A stretch of DNA of 64,000 nucleotides from assembly GCF_021869535.1 (NCBI RefSeq), contig NW_026262648.1:1922001-1986000 (forward strand), written 5' to 3'. This document shows, piece after piece, positions 62,555 to 64,000 of this stretch (position 1 is its first letter; each line of letters opens with the position of its first letter). Origin of the DNA: Mytilus californianus. Taxonomy: Eukaryota. Position numbers and translations under genes: made by a program. The notes below the pieces were generated by a model that was not told the origin of the DNA, made no database searches, and worked only from the letters and a program-made list of their open reading frames with translations.

Positions 62555-63159
62555 AATAGAGCAACAATAGAATATATAATATTAATGAAGAAATAGAAAT
62601 ACATCTTCAATTTATTTTTGCACAAGATTAATTCACTTTTTCACTTTATCGTTCATAAATAAATTAATAATAATAACGAATAAATCCCCACTAGTCGTAT
62701 AGCATACAACACATACATGTATTGCATTGTATTATGATTACGGTTATCAGTGCTTTTTACAATAAGAATGCATATGAACTATTTTTAACCCATATATGTG
62801 GGTCAGTTATGTACGCGTAATTCCTATTGCGTTACGACACACCCAGCTGGGAGTCGTTTCGCATTAATCTCTATCGATTTGATCAAAGTTAATCTATGGT
62901 CTTTTAACGGTGTCACAGTAAAATCTGTACATAATTGCAGGTAAAGTATATTTCTTTACTTTCTTGTAACAGGTAAACACCGATAGATTTTAAACATTCA
63001 ATCATGCATGGTAACTAAGTGTGGTTTGTTATGACAAATGTACCGTGTGTACGTAGTAAACATAACCATACATGAGATATGAATGGAGTTGTGAAATCCT
63101 AGTATCTGAAATCCATAAGGAGACAAAAGGGAATACAGCTGGTGTAAACTGACTAGGGA

Positions 63160-63423
63160 ATGAATTCCGATTCCATATTTCATCAATGTTTCTCACAACA
63201 AGGGCTCCATAAATCACAGAGTGATTGTTCACTTGAATTCAAGACATTAAGACGAAATGACAGTTTTTTCAAATCGAAAGATAAGGAAAAGGAGAAGATA
63301 CGGAGACATCTTCCTGTTGGAACAGGAGAATATTCTGTAGGATGTCTGGATATTATGTGTGATCATTCTGAAAAGGGGTCTTTCTTCCGGTTGTACTATC
63401 CTATTGAAAAGACAGATATATAC
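63160..63423 (+). CDS. Platelet-activating factor acetylhydrolase (PLA2G7/PAFAH2-like), first coding exon
   Basis: LPVGTGEYSVGCLDIM.DHSEKGSFFRLYYP resembles the family motif P...GPY.VGC.D.M.......FLRLYYP; donor TAC|gtaagt; acceptor at 62972. Confidence 0.9.
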
Positions 63424-64000
63424 GTAAGTTTATTCTTTTTTTGACAAAAAATGTAAAACAATCATTTGAAATGATACATGCATGACCTGATAATTATTCA
63501 TGCATACTTAAAATCATTTTAAGGAACTTGTTGGATTATTTGGTTATTGGGCATCTATCATGTCTATACAGCGAAAATGTGCATGAAAACACGTGGTAAT
63601 CAAGTTTAACCCAGTTTATCGTCGGTTTTATTATGAAAGAGCAGTTAACATGGTTAAACCTTTTCTTAAAAAAGGAGGCCCTATACATACTCTCTCCGCT
63701 CCCATCTCTGCATTCTTAAAAATATATTTCATAAAAATACCGGGGTTAAAATAATCGAGATCTAAGCTGTTCGAATTTTGAGAATTCTGAAAAACTACAT
63801 CGCTTTGCACTTTTTATCGGTCAAAAGAAGCATGAATCATTAGTACAAAGTCTTTATACTTACTATAGTTTATCGCAAACGCAGTTTGCGCATGTTGCGT
63901 AACAATAATAAAAGTTTGATGGCAAGATATTGATGCATTTTTAATACAGTAATAACTCATTTCCTATTTCATTCATTTTTTTCAAGTGCAGTTGATTTTG

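Overview
AT-rich, intron-rich animal DNA; the repeat families suggest a bivalve, probably Mytilus-like (inference). One 264-N gap lies at 27181-27444. Host genes rebuilt by hand from GT-AG junctions with consistent phases: (1) a minus-strand transmembrane adenylyl-cyclase-like gene (7 exons, 449 codons, 14043 to 2479, 3' part not found) whose C1a domain has lost both catalytic metal-binding Asp residues; (2) a complete 8-exon, 431-aa JmjC/cupin_8 gene (minus, 49077 to 40978) with a probable signal peptide, a C-terminal RDEL and an HxH...H rather than HxD...H metal motif; (3) the first coding exon of a PAF-acetylhydrolase (plus, 63160-63423); (4) a small unidentified 2-exon gene (29055-29679) and two further in-phase plus-strand exons (34937-35810). 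The rest is mostly mobile DNA: Penelope-like (Naiad-type, C-terminal RT) fragments, decayed LINEs, tRNA-SINEs, Helentron/HINE-like elements with ~160-175 bp internal satellites, and MITEs. Top finding: the 3' UTRs of several sequence-divergent Penelope-like families fold into a SECIS element (AUGA-helix-AAA-ministem-helix-UGA) at the same position, pointing to selenocysteine-recoding retrotransposons; no in-frame UGA is visible because all copies are 5'-truncated. Other highlights: a 1.8-kb composite of two apparently identical MITEs with one outer 4-bp TSD, two minisatellites made from splice junctions, degenerate hammerhead ribozymes, and two tiny palindromes with 7-bp flanking direct repeats. 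No database searches were run; family names are by recognition.
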